Source: Chrysomallon squamiferum
Lineage: Eukaryota; Animalia; Mollusca
NCBI GenBank assembly: GCA_012295275.1
Contig: CM022673.1
Location: forward strand, 10,664,001 to 10,728,000
Length of the DNA: 64,000 nt
Reading direction: 5' to 3'
The notes under the pieces were generated by a model. It was not told the DNA's origin. It made no database searches and saw nothing but the letters and a program-made list of their open reading frames with translations. The position numbers were made by a program, and so were the translations under genes. Shown one piece after another: positions 27,388-41,644 of this stretch (the stretch's first letter is position 1; every line of letters begins with the position of its first letter).

Positions 27388-28281
27388 GAAAATTATAATA
27401 AAGAATAAAAATATATATAAATTTTTATTAAAGTGAAGATTTAGTTATTCAAACAAATAACTCAAATAGATTTTGAATAATTTGTTTTTATTTGTTTTAA
27501 AAGCCACTCTTTATTAATAATAAAGTTTATGATACAAGAAAATAATAATAATACAAAATATGGAAAACAAATTACAAAAGTGAAGCTTTAGTGACTTAAA
27601 CAAATAGCATAAAAATATTTTGGATAATTTATGTTTTGCTTGCTTTTCTTACAACCATTCTTTACCGATAAAAGTTTTTAATAAAATAAAATAAAACACT
27701 TAAAAAACAAATTATTTTGTGTTTTGTTTGTGTTTTACAGCCAATCTTTATTAATAATAAAGTGGACTAAATATGAAAAATAATTTGATGAAACTTCTGA
27801 ATCAATTGTAATTTTATTTTAAATAATTATAACAGAATTTCAGTCCAGAAAATTAACATGGAAAAATGAAAACAACTGCTCAAATTATGGAGTAGGATAT
27901 ATTTTCACTAACTTTTAGATACAGTGTGACAAGTACAATACATTTTCACTAATTTTAGGCACAGTGTATTGCCTATGGTACATCTTTACTAAATTTTAGA
28001 TCTGAAGGGATCAACAAAATACAACATACCTAGAGGATCACAAGGTGTGCCCTTGAAGAGAATCCTGTATGTTGTGAGAAAGACTGCACCTTCAGAGGGG
28101 AGGAGATTAGGCCCTCCCATGATACCGCCTGTACCCTCCTCTCGGCCGTCAGGGAGGAGGTAGACCCGCAGGCCATCCATAACTATCTCTTCACCGGGCA
28201 GCAATGTTGGATTCAATATTTTTGGCTAAAAATAAAAAATAAATTATAAAAAAAATAAATAAATATATATATATGTGTCTC

Positions 28282-28317
<36 letters not shown>

Positions 28318-31300
28318 TTAAATATATAAACACAAAATCACAACAATAATAAATAATAATAATTTTAAAATCATCATCATCATAATAATAATAATAATAA
28401 TAAATAAAAAAAAAATAATAATAAAAAAAAAAATAATAATAAAAATTAAATATTCATAAGTTTTACGTTTGGTAAGAATGTTTTATTTATATACAAATAA
28501 AATTACCTTTTGTATTGGAGGTAGTCTCTTGCTCTCCTTAGATACTGATTCAAGAGTTTCAATATGCATAGATAAATAACAATGATAACCTGAAAAAAAT
28601 AAAATAAAAAAAATAAATAAATGTAAAATATACTAAATAATAATAAATTAAGTTGTTATATACAAAACATTGTACACACTAAAAAATAAATAAAATATGA
28701 AAATGTAAAAAAGAGGAATGAATAAAGTGTCTAAGACTCTCAAAATATCACATGGAAGTTATTTTACATACATTTTGTTTTGTTCTGATTTTTTTAAACA
28801 TTACCTGGAATCATTTGATGCAAAGATTTAATATGGTCCTGAGTGACACCTCCTTCATTGCATACTTTGTCGACAAAGCGAGTGACAAATCTAATGACAC
28901 TGGAGCCCACATCAGAATGTTCTGTTTCATCAAATCCACTCTCAGCATCGAAACTATCACTTTCTGCAATACTGAAATAAATATTTCAAAATGATTAATT
29001 TCTTTAGTTTCACAGAGCCAACAGAACACAAAATGATCCATTGCTGGTTACTGGATATTAAACTTCAGTGATTTTTGGTATATTTTCCTCACAGGAACCT
29101 CATCAGAATTTAAACAAACAAACAAACAAACAAACAAACAAACAAACAAATAAATAAATAAATAAATAAATATAAATCAAATGAAAAACGGGTAAATAAG
29201 ATAAATAAATAAATAAAAGTAAAAAAAAAATGAGTAAATAAAATAAAAAAGTATTTAAGATGAAAACATATTGCTCAAGTATTTTTTTTCCTAAATAATT
29301 TATTTGCATGCTGGATAAGAAAAATAAAGAAAATAGTCATTTGGAAGTATGTCTTAGGCAGCACACACACACACAAACATGCAAAAAAACCTACTAAAAA
29401 GTCAATCTGTGACCAAAATGTGGAGAATGAAGTGTTAAATTTCACTGCAATTTGTTGGGCCTGCATTTTATATCCTTCAGCTACAGACAAATCAACAATG
29501 ACATATACTTATCTGCACTGTTTAAAATATACACTTTAATGTCTTACCTGGTTGTGATATTGCTGTTGCTGTTACTCTCACCATCAAACCCTGTGAGGTT
29601 CTTGTGGGAACGGTTCACATCAAGGGGAACCAGCATGTACACCATTCTGTTAGCATAGTGAATGGCCTGACTATAAACTGTGGACTCCTCATTCAGAACC
29701 ATCTCCTGCTGCTGCTCTTTGGGTACATTGGCCCACACTCTCAGCTACAGAACACAGACAAGTAAACACTGAATTACAGGCTTGTTGATTAAAATAGTGA
29801 GTTGGAACAAAGGTTTGTTGTGTTTAGACAAGTCCATCACCCAGAAAGATGCCAAAATCTGGAAGGATGGTTTCATGAATATGACAAATAGTTGTGGAAT
29901 AAGTCCAGGTAAAAATATCAAAATACTGTCTGTGAATTTTAGGTTTAAAAAAAAATAGCTGTGAATTTTTTATCCAACCCAGTACAAATCTAGTTCAAAC
30001 TGTACATTCAAATATTAAATAAAATTCCACACTGGACATTATCAGGTATAAAAACATTTTTTTTTTTTTTTTTAATATTATATACAATATCTGCAGCTGC
30101 CATATTATAAACCTGTTCTTAAACACATCCAGCTTAGATGCTTTTAATTATCACAAAATTCACATGAAAATCTTTAAAATTCAAAGTAGATATCAAACCA
30201 TTTGACTGGCTTCCAGAAACCTGAATTTAGAATGTGTCTTAATTTGTTAAATACATGTTTGTTATTTACTTTTCATTCTTTTATGTCTTAAGCTTTTGTC
30301 AGGAAAACCAGAAAACACAGTAATCCAGATCACCTTCAGTACTGAGCCTGCCAGATAAATAGTCTGGTATCTGTAATCACTGAGAACTAATCCTTGCTGA
30401 CAAGGCATACTCTGGACTAATGTGAATTACAATAATAATACCTGTTCTGCTGCTATTTCCAGTGCATTGATTTCACGAGAATGAAGAGAGGACTCTGATG
30501 ACCTGTGACAGTCAACTGTTGATGAACACCTGCTGTGGCTGCTGCAGTCTAACGTCTACAACAACAACAAACACTGGGTTTTCAAAATACTCGTTATTAG
30601 TGGATGTTGTTAATAAATAAATAAATAAAAACATCCAATTAACATAATTCATTGAAACTAAAAATACTAAACATCAAATTTGCAAAACTTAATGAAACAA
30701 AAGCTAACAAACACTGAATTTATATAATTCATTAAAAATTTTTTTTTTAAATAAAAATAATAAATGTTGACTTTACAAAAGTCATTAAAAAAACAATATT
30801 CTTAACAAAATGAAACAATTGTCTTTTGTGACCACACTGTTATTTTTATGATCATTTATGTAATATTATGATTAGAAAACTGATACATTAAAATCTATTT
30901 ACAAGGAAAAAATATTCACACAAATATACAGATGTGCTTATATACATAAACACTTCAGAAAAAAAGTCACAGCTATGACTAAAATCAAATGATGAACCTA
31001 AGTGAAAATTACAAAAACTTAAAAAGACATATAAAAACAATAAAAACAAAAACTACAACAAACAAACAAAATAAGATTTCTAGATGATGTCCACCTCTCT
31101 AATTGGCTGAGCATTCTGCGATTTGTCCATCAGCAGATGTTCCTCGTACTGGGGCAGGTACAAGTGTCGAATCTGTTTCTGAACATCCTGGTAAAACGAC
31201 TGCTCCCAGAACTGGTGATTCGACCACACAGCATGGTCCTGAACACAAGTGTAAGCAAACTGGATAACACCAGTACAGAGTTTCTGTGAGAAAAATATAT

Positions 31301-34300
31301 TATTATTATTATCTGTGTCACAAAAAAAACAAAAAAATATTCAGTATATAGCTGTAACATGTCTACAAAACAAACAAAAATAAAAATGTAAATTTATATC
31401 TTTTAAAGATACCTTTAACATGTAGAGTCTTTTTAATAAACAAAAAATTAAAAATTATATTATTAAGTTATCTGATTTACAGAAAATATTTAGAAGATGT
31501 AGTTTTTAATAGAAACTAAAATTTGTAAAATGTTTAGAATACAGCTGTAATGTGTCAATTTAACAACAACAAAACAACAACAAAATAAGAGAGATTCATA
31601 GTAAATTAAACTGCTAATTTTATCTCAATAACTGCACCCAAAAATTAAAAAGTTTTTTAATTACAAGGAATATGAAACGAAATACAACACAGTTATGGTG
31701 TTTACTATTTTTAAAACAATCAACATAAATAACAGTCATTTTGTTTTAAAAAAGTAAATATTTTTGGTGTAAAAAAATATCCTGGTTCCACCACTGATTA
31801 TTATTTTTATAGACACATACCCTACAAAAAGCAGTGGCCAGTGGTAAAATGGCTGCAGCAACACCACTCTCATCAAGACTGGAGTCATTCTGAAATGTAA
31901 TTTTAATATGTTATTATTTGACAATTATTTTATTTTTATTAGTCCCTCAGATTTAGAACAAACAAACAAACAATCAAAAAATAAAAATAAATACACTTTA
32001 AAAATGTTTAGGTTTTTTTTTGCTCTAAAACATCTCAAGCAATCTAAAATTTCTTAATTATTTCATCTAATTATCAGTTATTATTATTATTATAATAATT
32101 ATTATTTTTATATAAAACCCTTTTTAAAGCTTAAAGCAGAGAAGCTAAAACAATATACATTCATAAGCTAAAACAAAATCAAGTAAACATTCTTTAATAA
32201 CATCTCCGATAGAGCAATTAACTTGCAATCCTGGCAGCAGTCCAATAAGCTGATCAAATCAATCCTGTGACCAGTTCCTTTGCAGAAAAACACTGTTATT
32301 CAGAAATGTGATAAGGATTCAGGGAAAAATAATATCATGCAGCATTAATATAAAATTTTCTTGGAACAAAATGTCTGCCATTTGCAACAACATGGAAAAC
32401 ATGTGCACAGATACTGCAGTATCTTTCTCTTTCCATTTTCAAAACTGCAATTTTCATCTGCTTCACTGGAAACTGGGCTATTTTGTTTCAACTTCTAATG
32501 TTTTATAAATTTAAAAGATTAAAATGAAAAATAAAATAAAGAAAATTTTTTATTTTTTTTTGTTTGGAAGGAGGGAATGGAAAAATATTTTGAAAATGAT
32601 GCATGTCTGTGTATTGGCAGACATTTCACATGCCTGTGTAACTGAGCCAGTTTGTTTGAATGTGTGCTTATACTGCTAACCTGGAGTGCACAGTTGAGAA
32701 GTTTCACCACAAGATCGAACTGCTGATGTTCCAACATGGCGCGATTCGAATGGACATGGAAACTGAGTTCCTGCGTCAGGGCCAGTCTTGTCACTCGACT
32801 TTTCAAAGCTCGTAAAACAGCTGGAAATATCTGAAAAAACCCCAAAAAACCAGGTTTAATTATATAACAAAAGTGCTGGCTGTAAATAAAATAGTTTCTT
32901 GATAATTATTTAGTTTTCTGCTTATGTTGAATCAAAAATTTAACAAAGTCTATTAAAATTATAATTTACATTTATAACCAACTTAAAAATAAAAATACAT
33001 TTGAATTAAACTTTTAATCAACAATTTTTAAATAAAAGATGTAGCATCTAAAATTAAGTGAAAGTTTCATACATCCAGATGTTCAGTTCTACTTCAGCTG
33101 AGACTTATTTTCTATATCTGTGAAATGGTCTTTTCAGTATTTTTTGCAATGAACAGTTAAAGGCATTTGAACAGTTAAAACAGAAAAAGCAAAATATCTA
33201 CAAAATACAGGGCTAAAACTCATGCTCCTTAGCCAAAAGCTGACACAGAAAATGATGTATGCTATTTTTTCAAGACATTTTACTTCACATCATTTTTATC
33301 TTAACTGCTTTAGGTGCATTTACATAATGACAAACAGCTACACTAAAATCATCCAGTTTTTAATAAGACAAACACTTACTATTCTGGCATCAGAGATTTT
33401 GTTTTCAAATATAAAGTTGACGCAGTTTCGTAGCACTTCCAGTCTTCTTGCGTTGTTTTCCACCATGCTCTGTCTGTCCCCTGTAGCACTCATTGGTTTT
33501 CCACTGGGTACAATACGAGACTGATAAGGTCTAACATTTGCCAGTCTGAGAGAAAAAAACAAAAAAACAAACAGATTTAAAATTGTTATTCTTATTGGTA
33601 ATATATCTTTGCAAAAAATATTGTTTTGTTTAATCAAATGTTTTAGATGTTATATAGTTATAAAAAACTTAATAAAAAAATAAAACAATTTAAAATAATA
33701 ATAATAAAAATAAATTACAAAAAAAAAAGCAAGAACAGAGTCTTTCCAAGTGAAATGATGTGCTATAAGACATTTAAGGGGAAATAACTCATCAATATGT
33801 AAGCATTTTACCACTACTGTCATTCTATTAAAGATCTATCAACTGAAAATCTATCAATAAAATAAAATGTACAAAGCAAGCAATAAAATTAGGCATATCA
33901 TAAAATTGAAAAAAAAAAAAAAACCCACCAATAAAATTAGATTTAATATAAACAATTGATAAACCAATCAATAACATTAGACATAACATACTTGTTCTTG
34001 ATGCTGTTCTTAGCTGTGCCCTCATCAATGATTTCCTGAATGAGATTCCAGTTTAAGGTTGGAAATGGAGGCTGGTGAATTCTGGCATATGATCCCTCTG
34101 TAGGTTTTGGAATCTTTGGAATATATGGCTGCGGATTGGGATGTTCCTGTAATTTACATAATAATAATAATAATAATAGTAGGAATAGTGAAATTAAAAA
34201 ATAATGATGTCTAAAAAGAATAATAATGATAAAAGCAGTAATAATAAATGATAATCAAAATTATTATATATCAATAACAATAATAATAAATAAATCAAAA

Positions 34301-35513
34301 TAATGTATTATTGAACAAAATCATGAAACTGTTATTATTTTTTTTTTCAAGAAATGTATTTTCTGAATATTTCACATTTCTCTGTATTAAAAGTTACTTG
34401 TACATTTTGAGCAGAACATTTACTTGAAATCCTAAAAACATTTCTTTTATAACAATTCATGCACATGAAAGTATTCTTGATTTCTTTATTTCACATAACT
34501 TCTATCGATTTATATGCACACTGTAAAAATTGGCACATTTATGCTCTTATAATAACCTAGGGACACATCTGTTTTCACAATCTTGATTATCGACTGTGGC
34601 TCAAATTTAATACCTGTCAGAAATATGTATAGTGATATAATGAACAGTGAATGTAGTTAAGTTTTAGAAATGTCTCTGAAACTGTACAGAATGTTCACTG
34701 TATACAACATACATTTAGTGTGAGCTGCTGGGCCAGTTCCTTGATGTGTTCCCTCAGTTTGCTTGGGTTTGTTTTCTCCTCCTGCAGCTGATCAGGAATT
34801 GTAGCATAAACCTGCAGACATTAATACATACATAAAACATGTACACAGCTGCAATCCTATCTTCAGTGTGAGTGTGTGTGTGTGTGTGTGTGAATGGAAG
34901 TGAGTGTGTGCATGCATTCTCTAAGATTCTAAGCAACACATTTTTCTTCATAATTTGAAATTTGTTAATTATGGAATTAATATAAATATGCAAACATACA
35001 TAGACACACTCACACATTCTCTATCTCACAGACATACACAAAGCACAAACATTCACACACACAACACATACATATCCATATACAGATAATAACAAATTGA
35101 TTGATTCATAGACATATGTTGACTAATGACTTTAATAAATGGTCATAAAAGTATCACATAAAATGAAAATTTAAACAGTTAACAGAAAATAGGAAATTCA
35201 AACAAAATGTAACTCCTGCAGTTGCCTACATAGCTTCTAATTCTCTTCTTGTAATTTTTTTTCTATATTTCAGCAGTCCTTTTCTTAAATCCATGACCTA
35301 GGAAATGTTAATTATGAACAGAAACTAATGTCTGTGTGTTTACCTCATCAAAAATATCACACACTCTGTATGGAGGCCCTCGCTCAGCCACAAAGGAATT
35401 AAAACCCATACCATCCAGTGCCCGGACCACAAAGTCATCATCTATTAAACCTCGGTGACCAAGAAAATTTGCCTATAACAACACAAATAATAAAAAAATA
35501 AAATTATAAAATA

Positions 35514-35547
<34 letters not shown>

Positions 35548-36865
35548 GAACTTAAAGGATGTAAGTAAGTAAAGTAAAATAAAATAAAAATAATTAATAA
35601 TAATAATAATAAAAATTAAACTTAAAGGATGTAGGTAAGTGAAGTAAAATAAAATAAAGTAATGTAAATTAAGTTAAATTATAAAAATAAAGTAACATAA
35701 AATAAAATAAAAATAATAATTCTTCATCAATATGTAATTTTCATTATCATAAAATCTAATTAATAATAAATTTTTGTAAGAAAGAAAATTACCGACCTGT
35801 TCTACAGATTAATAGTATATAAAAGACTTAGAGAACTAACCTTGTGAAATGTGATGAAAGGTTCTGGATGTATGCGTATTATTGTAAGACAGGATCTGTA
35901 TGTATTGAACAGCTCAGCAAACATCCGAATGAACACACTTCTAATTTCCTTGTCCTGAAAAGAAAAATATGTTAAATTTATAATTAATAAGTAATTTGAA
36001 ATCTGTGAAAAAAAAACACAAAAATGTATGATACAGATGAGCAACTGTTCATCTAACTCTGCAGATTTCAAACTGAATTGAGAGCCGAGAAAATGACTAT
36101 GGACCACTTTTACAGGTTTTGATAGAATCCATTAATCTCACATCATTTTAAATCATCTTCAACTTCAGAACTTCCCAGTACACATACGTCACTTCACTGA
36201 TATTAATCAACTAATTTAAAACATCAGTTATCACAAAAACAGTCACTTTTGAATGGGACTGTGCTGGTTCTAAACCAAACATCTGTTTCTTTGTTATTTA
36301 AAAAAATAAAACAGATTTTAATATTACAAAGATCCTCAATTTGTTTCTGTTCAAATGACATACTAACCCTCTGTGCAAATGAAGGCAGTTTTTGTGGAGA
36401 ATGAGGAAATGCATAATCAGCACTGAGTAGATCTGGCTTTAGAATCTGAAAATAGTAAAAATAGAATAATGTCAAAATAGTTATATTCAAAATATTCATT
36501 TTTTTTTACACAATGATGAAGAAACTGAAATAATAAAAAATACATTTCACGCAATTTTTTGTATATAAATTTAAAAGAACTGTATTTATTTTCAGTCACT
36601 AATTACAACAGTACATCAGTGCATTTTTGCTGCTACTACTGCAGTATTCAGTTGTAAAAACAACTAACTGAATACATAAAAAAGATTCATTTGAGGTCAT
36701 TAAAAGTTTCAGGGTAAACAAAGAAGGCCTGTTAATGATCTTTACACAGTCTTTTTGGTGATTGAAAAGTGAGGAAACAGGAAAAGTTGGCAGCATTGTT
36801 TTTAATATATATAAATAAAAACACACACACAGGCTGGGGAGAGGGAGAGGGGGGGAGGGAGAGGG

Positions 36866-36915
<50 letters not shown>

Positions 36916-38968
36916 AAAATATATATTGAGAGAGAGAGAGAGACAGACAGAGAGGAAGTTAGTAAAACATACTGTATTTTTAAAATACAAAATGGATATT
37001 AACCTCTATAAGTGCTTTTTTAGTTCTGAAAAGAATGGCGTTGTTTACTGATGGTATACTGACACACTCTGGTATATGTAGACTTCCTCCATCCAGATCT
37101 ACTATGATGACATCCAGCTAAAAATATATTAACAAATACATAATGAAACAATATTTAAAACTTTGATTGATCTGTTTAGTATATCATAAAAGAAAAGATA
37201 ATAAAACACGATATAAAAGACAAAAGTCAAAATATAAGCAGATTTTACTGTGATTTTCAATAATAATAACATTAATAATAAAAAAGAAAGAAAGAAAGAT
37301 TTTCAAAAAAAATCTTAAAAAAAAAAAATTTAAGAAAAATAAAAATAATAAAAATCCATCTAAGAAAGTAAGTTATTATCAGAAGAACAAATAAACTTTT
37401 AAAAACGTAAAGTTTATTAAATTATCAAAACATTAACGAAAAATAAATAAAATTTACTACCATAAATGAATTTAAAAAAAATTTATTATCAGAATAATAT
37501 GTAGCTAGTAAAAGGCTAAAATATAAAGGATCGTGACTAAGGAACAAATGTGTTACATACTGGTCCCACCAAATCCATGGCATCGTTTCTGAGAGATGAA
37601 TGAATTCCTGCTATGAAAGGGGTTGGAGTGTTGAGAACCTCTAAAAGTGAGACTGGCAAGACAGGAATATATACATAACTGAAAAAAATAAAAAATAAAA
37701 TATATATGTATTTAATAATTATGATGATGATGATAATTATAATAAAGTTACATGCAAAATATTCATTTTTGTACACATTGATGAAGAGACTGAAATAAGA
37801 AAAAATATCTAAGTATTTTTTGAATGTATGTACATATTATACTCACAAATAAATATTAATCAGTATTAATCAATATTCACAAAAGTTTGTATGAATTAAT
37901 ATTTTACCCAAATGGAAGATAATTCAAGGATGTTAGCAAGAAAAATACAAATTTAAACACATTGACCCATATAAGCAGCACACTAAAATATATCACAAAT
38001 TTTACTACTTCTAACGAATGCACTAAAATATACAATATTTTTTTGTACCCACATCTTTTTGATTTGTTATGCACATAATACATTTTATCAGCGAGCATTA
38101 CCATTTAGATTAAAGAAAAATAAAATTGTTTACCTGTATTTGAAAGGATACTGCAGAGCAATAAAAGCACTGCAAGCATCTGTCAGCCTTGAGTAACTCT
38201 GTGACGTGAACAAAATTTTGTGATCTGTCAACGCAGCAAACAGCACTGTCAGAACATTGTTGATTCCTGGAACACAATATAAACATTCTCTTTTGTTTTA
38301 GGGAGACTTTTATTTTTTATTATTGTCTGGCAATTGAGCCGAGTTTTCAGGTGGTTTCACATATTTATTCTTAAATTTCATACAAATTTGAGTTAAAAAT
38401 TCAACAATGACTGTTTTAATTATGACAATACATTTTTGTAAAACAGACTTTACACATTTAGGAATAATGTTACTTTTAAATCTTGGGACCCAATAAAAAT
38501 AAAAAAATAAAAAAATAAAAAATAACAATAATAAAAACAATAACAGAAGGACAAGTAACAAATATGCTTAGGCTGATATTTAAATATATAATAATTATCA
38601 TCTCTCCTTTTAAATTGTTACAAATCTTAAATAAAATAAATATAAACCAAATCAAGAGAAAATTCTTGAAAATTATATCCTAACAACAATGTCCCTACTA
38701 TTCTGAATTCCCTCATTCACCCTTCCTCAGACATTCTTAAGTACCTTAGTATACAACTGTTTGAGCAGAGAAAAATGAAGTTGTTGTGTAATTAAAGATA
38801 AATACCTAGTTCTTCAAATATCTGTGCCACACACACGTTTGTAACAGGAACTGTTGGGTTTAGCGGTGGCTGGAGGGCCTGCCTGTCACCTGCTCCTATT
38901 GAAAAGCGTACCTGGGGCCCACCTGAAAATTAATTTAAACAGAATATACATGTATTTTATGCATATAC

Positions 38969-39017
<49 letters not shown>

Positions 39018-39034
39018 CATACACACACATACAT

Positions 39035-39070
<36 letters not shown>

Positions 39071-39124
39071 TAATTCAAAATCCATAAATGCTGACAAGGT
39101 AATGAATGTATTATTTTAATGTAA

Positions 39125-39161
<37 letters not shown>

Positions 39162-39357
39162 GTACAAATGCACATGTTTCCACAAACCTTAATAGACTTG
39201 TAATTCCACATGCACAGTTTTTATGTTTATTAATGATGTATATGAGTAATTTGTTTGTGTCATCATGGACTGATGTTTGAATGAATAAATGATATAGTAC
39301 AAAAACATCTAAAATGTATTTGAAAAGATGACCATTTATTTAAAAAAATAAAATAAA

Positions 39358-39412
<55 letters not shown>

Positions 39413-41131
39413 TAATAATAATAATAAAAAAAAAAAATAATAATAATTAATAATAATAATAATAATAAAAAAAAATAATAATAAAATAAAAATTAAATTA
39501 ATTATTTAACAGAAATAATTATAAATAACAGGAACAAATATTTACCTGGTGGTGGTACTTGTACACAGCCCAAGATATTTCCAACTAAAGTTTCTAGCTG
39601 TACTTGGAGATTTTCAACATACACTGTGTATATAATACCCAAACAGTTCTGAAAATAATACCAAAAAAAATCAGTGAGAATAATAAAATGAATAGAACAT
39701 TATTAAAAAAAATATATAACAATAACAATATTAAACACCATGCATTGAAACTTGTCAAAACTTAACAGCATCAGAATGAAATAAAGTTTGGTTTGGAGGG
39801 GTGTTTAGTTTACTGAGCTTTTACTTTTTAGTTCTGGAGAATGCAAGTTTATTGGAAGTCCAGTTTTTACATGTTTCTTTACATCTCAAAAAAAACATAA
39901 AATTTTATTACTATAACAATAATAATGATATTAAATAAATAAACAAACAAACAAACAAACAAAGACTAAAATAATAAATATTTATTGAATTATTTATTTT
40001 GACCTTCAAGAACAATAAAATGTCCAATAACATTTCTTTTCTTAAAATTACATAAACACTCTATACAGGTTAAACAGTTAATTACTGGCAGATTCATAAA
40101 ACTCAATTTTACTTTCAACTCAATGTTATATAAAAAAAAAAAAAAAAAAAATTAAATTGCAGGTAGCACTCCAGTTATTTGAAGAAGTACAGAAAACAAA
40201 TTTACCTTGAAAGCTTCAAAATAGCTGAGTCTTGAAACAAGCAGCAGACTTTTCGGTGCGAACATGAGTGAGTGGTGAACAAGAGCTGAATCTTGCTCAT
40301 CGGTGTCTTCATCGTCAGGTTTTGTTGGGCTTATGGCAACTGTCTCATGGAAAGTCAAACAGGCACAGTAATGGCGATTGGCGTCTATGTCTGTCAGGAC
40401 AGACACGAAAAAAGATGGCTGCTGCCTCTGGGTAGACAGAGTCCATCCTGTTGGCTGACAAAACTGAAACACAGACAGGATTATTTTAAATCAAGAAAAT
40501 GAGATAAAATAAATATATTGGCTGACAAAATTATGAAAAAAAAAATTAAATCAAGAAAAGGAGTTAAAATAAAATTTATTGGCTGATAAAAATGAAAATG
40601 CAGTTACTCTTAAAATAAAGAAATCAACATTAAAAAGAAAAAGAAAATATTTTTTAAAAAATACCAACACAAAAACTTGTCACATTTAACACATAACATG
40701 GATGGTCATTTCTTAATCACAATCAAATTAACTTGAAACAGTGTACCAAGAAATGTATTAATACATTAATTCTTTTTTCTTATGATCATTTGTCATTTTA
40801 CCTGTACATAAAATTAATTCAACTAGTCTCCCTTTCAGATAATACATTCCATAAATCAAAATGTTCATATGTAATTTTTTTACATTACATAAATAGATTT
40901 TTCACCATTATCACATTAATAAAGTAATTTAAATGATGCTAATTGCTACAAGTAACTATAATTTGTATTTACTAGTTCAATTCCTTGTGGGAAAGGGCAT
41001 GTCTTCCAATCCTTTTCAGGAAATCTTTGTATAATCTTACCACAGCTGACTCCACTTCCTAAAAACTAGAAATCCATATTTTAACATTAATAATCAAATC
41101 TAAAAACATTCTAGATAATAATAATAATAAC

Positions 41132-41169
<38 letters not shown>

Positions 41170-41607
41170 CATTAATAATCACAAGTAATAATAATCACAA
41201 ATAATAATTTAATATTATTTTATGCTTAATTCTTATTGTTGGAGACATCTAAAGAGTTAGAGATAGTCAAATTTTAATTTTTTGACAAAGTATGACATAA
41301 ATTTAAAGAATTTTAAATACAGTAACTAATCATTAAAATTTCTGTTACAATGAATTTTTGTTATATTTTTTGCATGTTTTTGTTTTAACCTCAAGATTTA
41401 TTTAAAATACTTGACACTTGTTTCTGACACTGACATTAACTTTAAGTACACAAGCACTGCTGACTTAAAAATCAAAATTATAGTAAAAATGAATTGTTAC
41501 TTAGATAAGACCTAAGGTTTATCAATCCATATATTACTTGCACACATTTGAGAATAATAATAATAATAAAAATAATTTAAAAAAAATTAATAATAATAAT
41601 GTGTATG

Positions 41608-41644
<37 letters not shown>

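Noticed and set aside
38968-39060. (TG)n...(CA)n fold-back within one SBF intron (similar at 34865-35070)
   Set aside because: A common compound microsatellite that encloses no exon.
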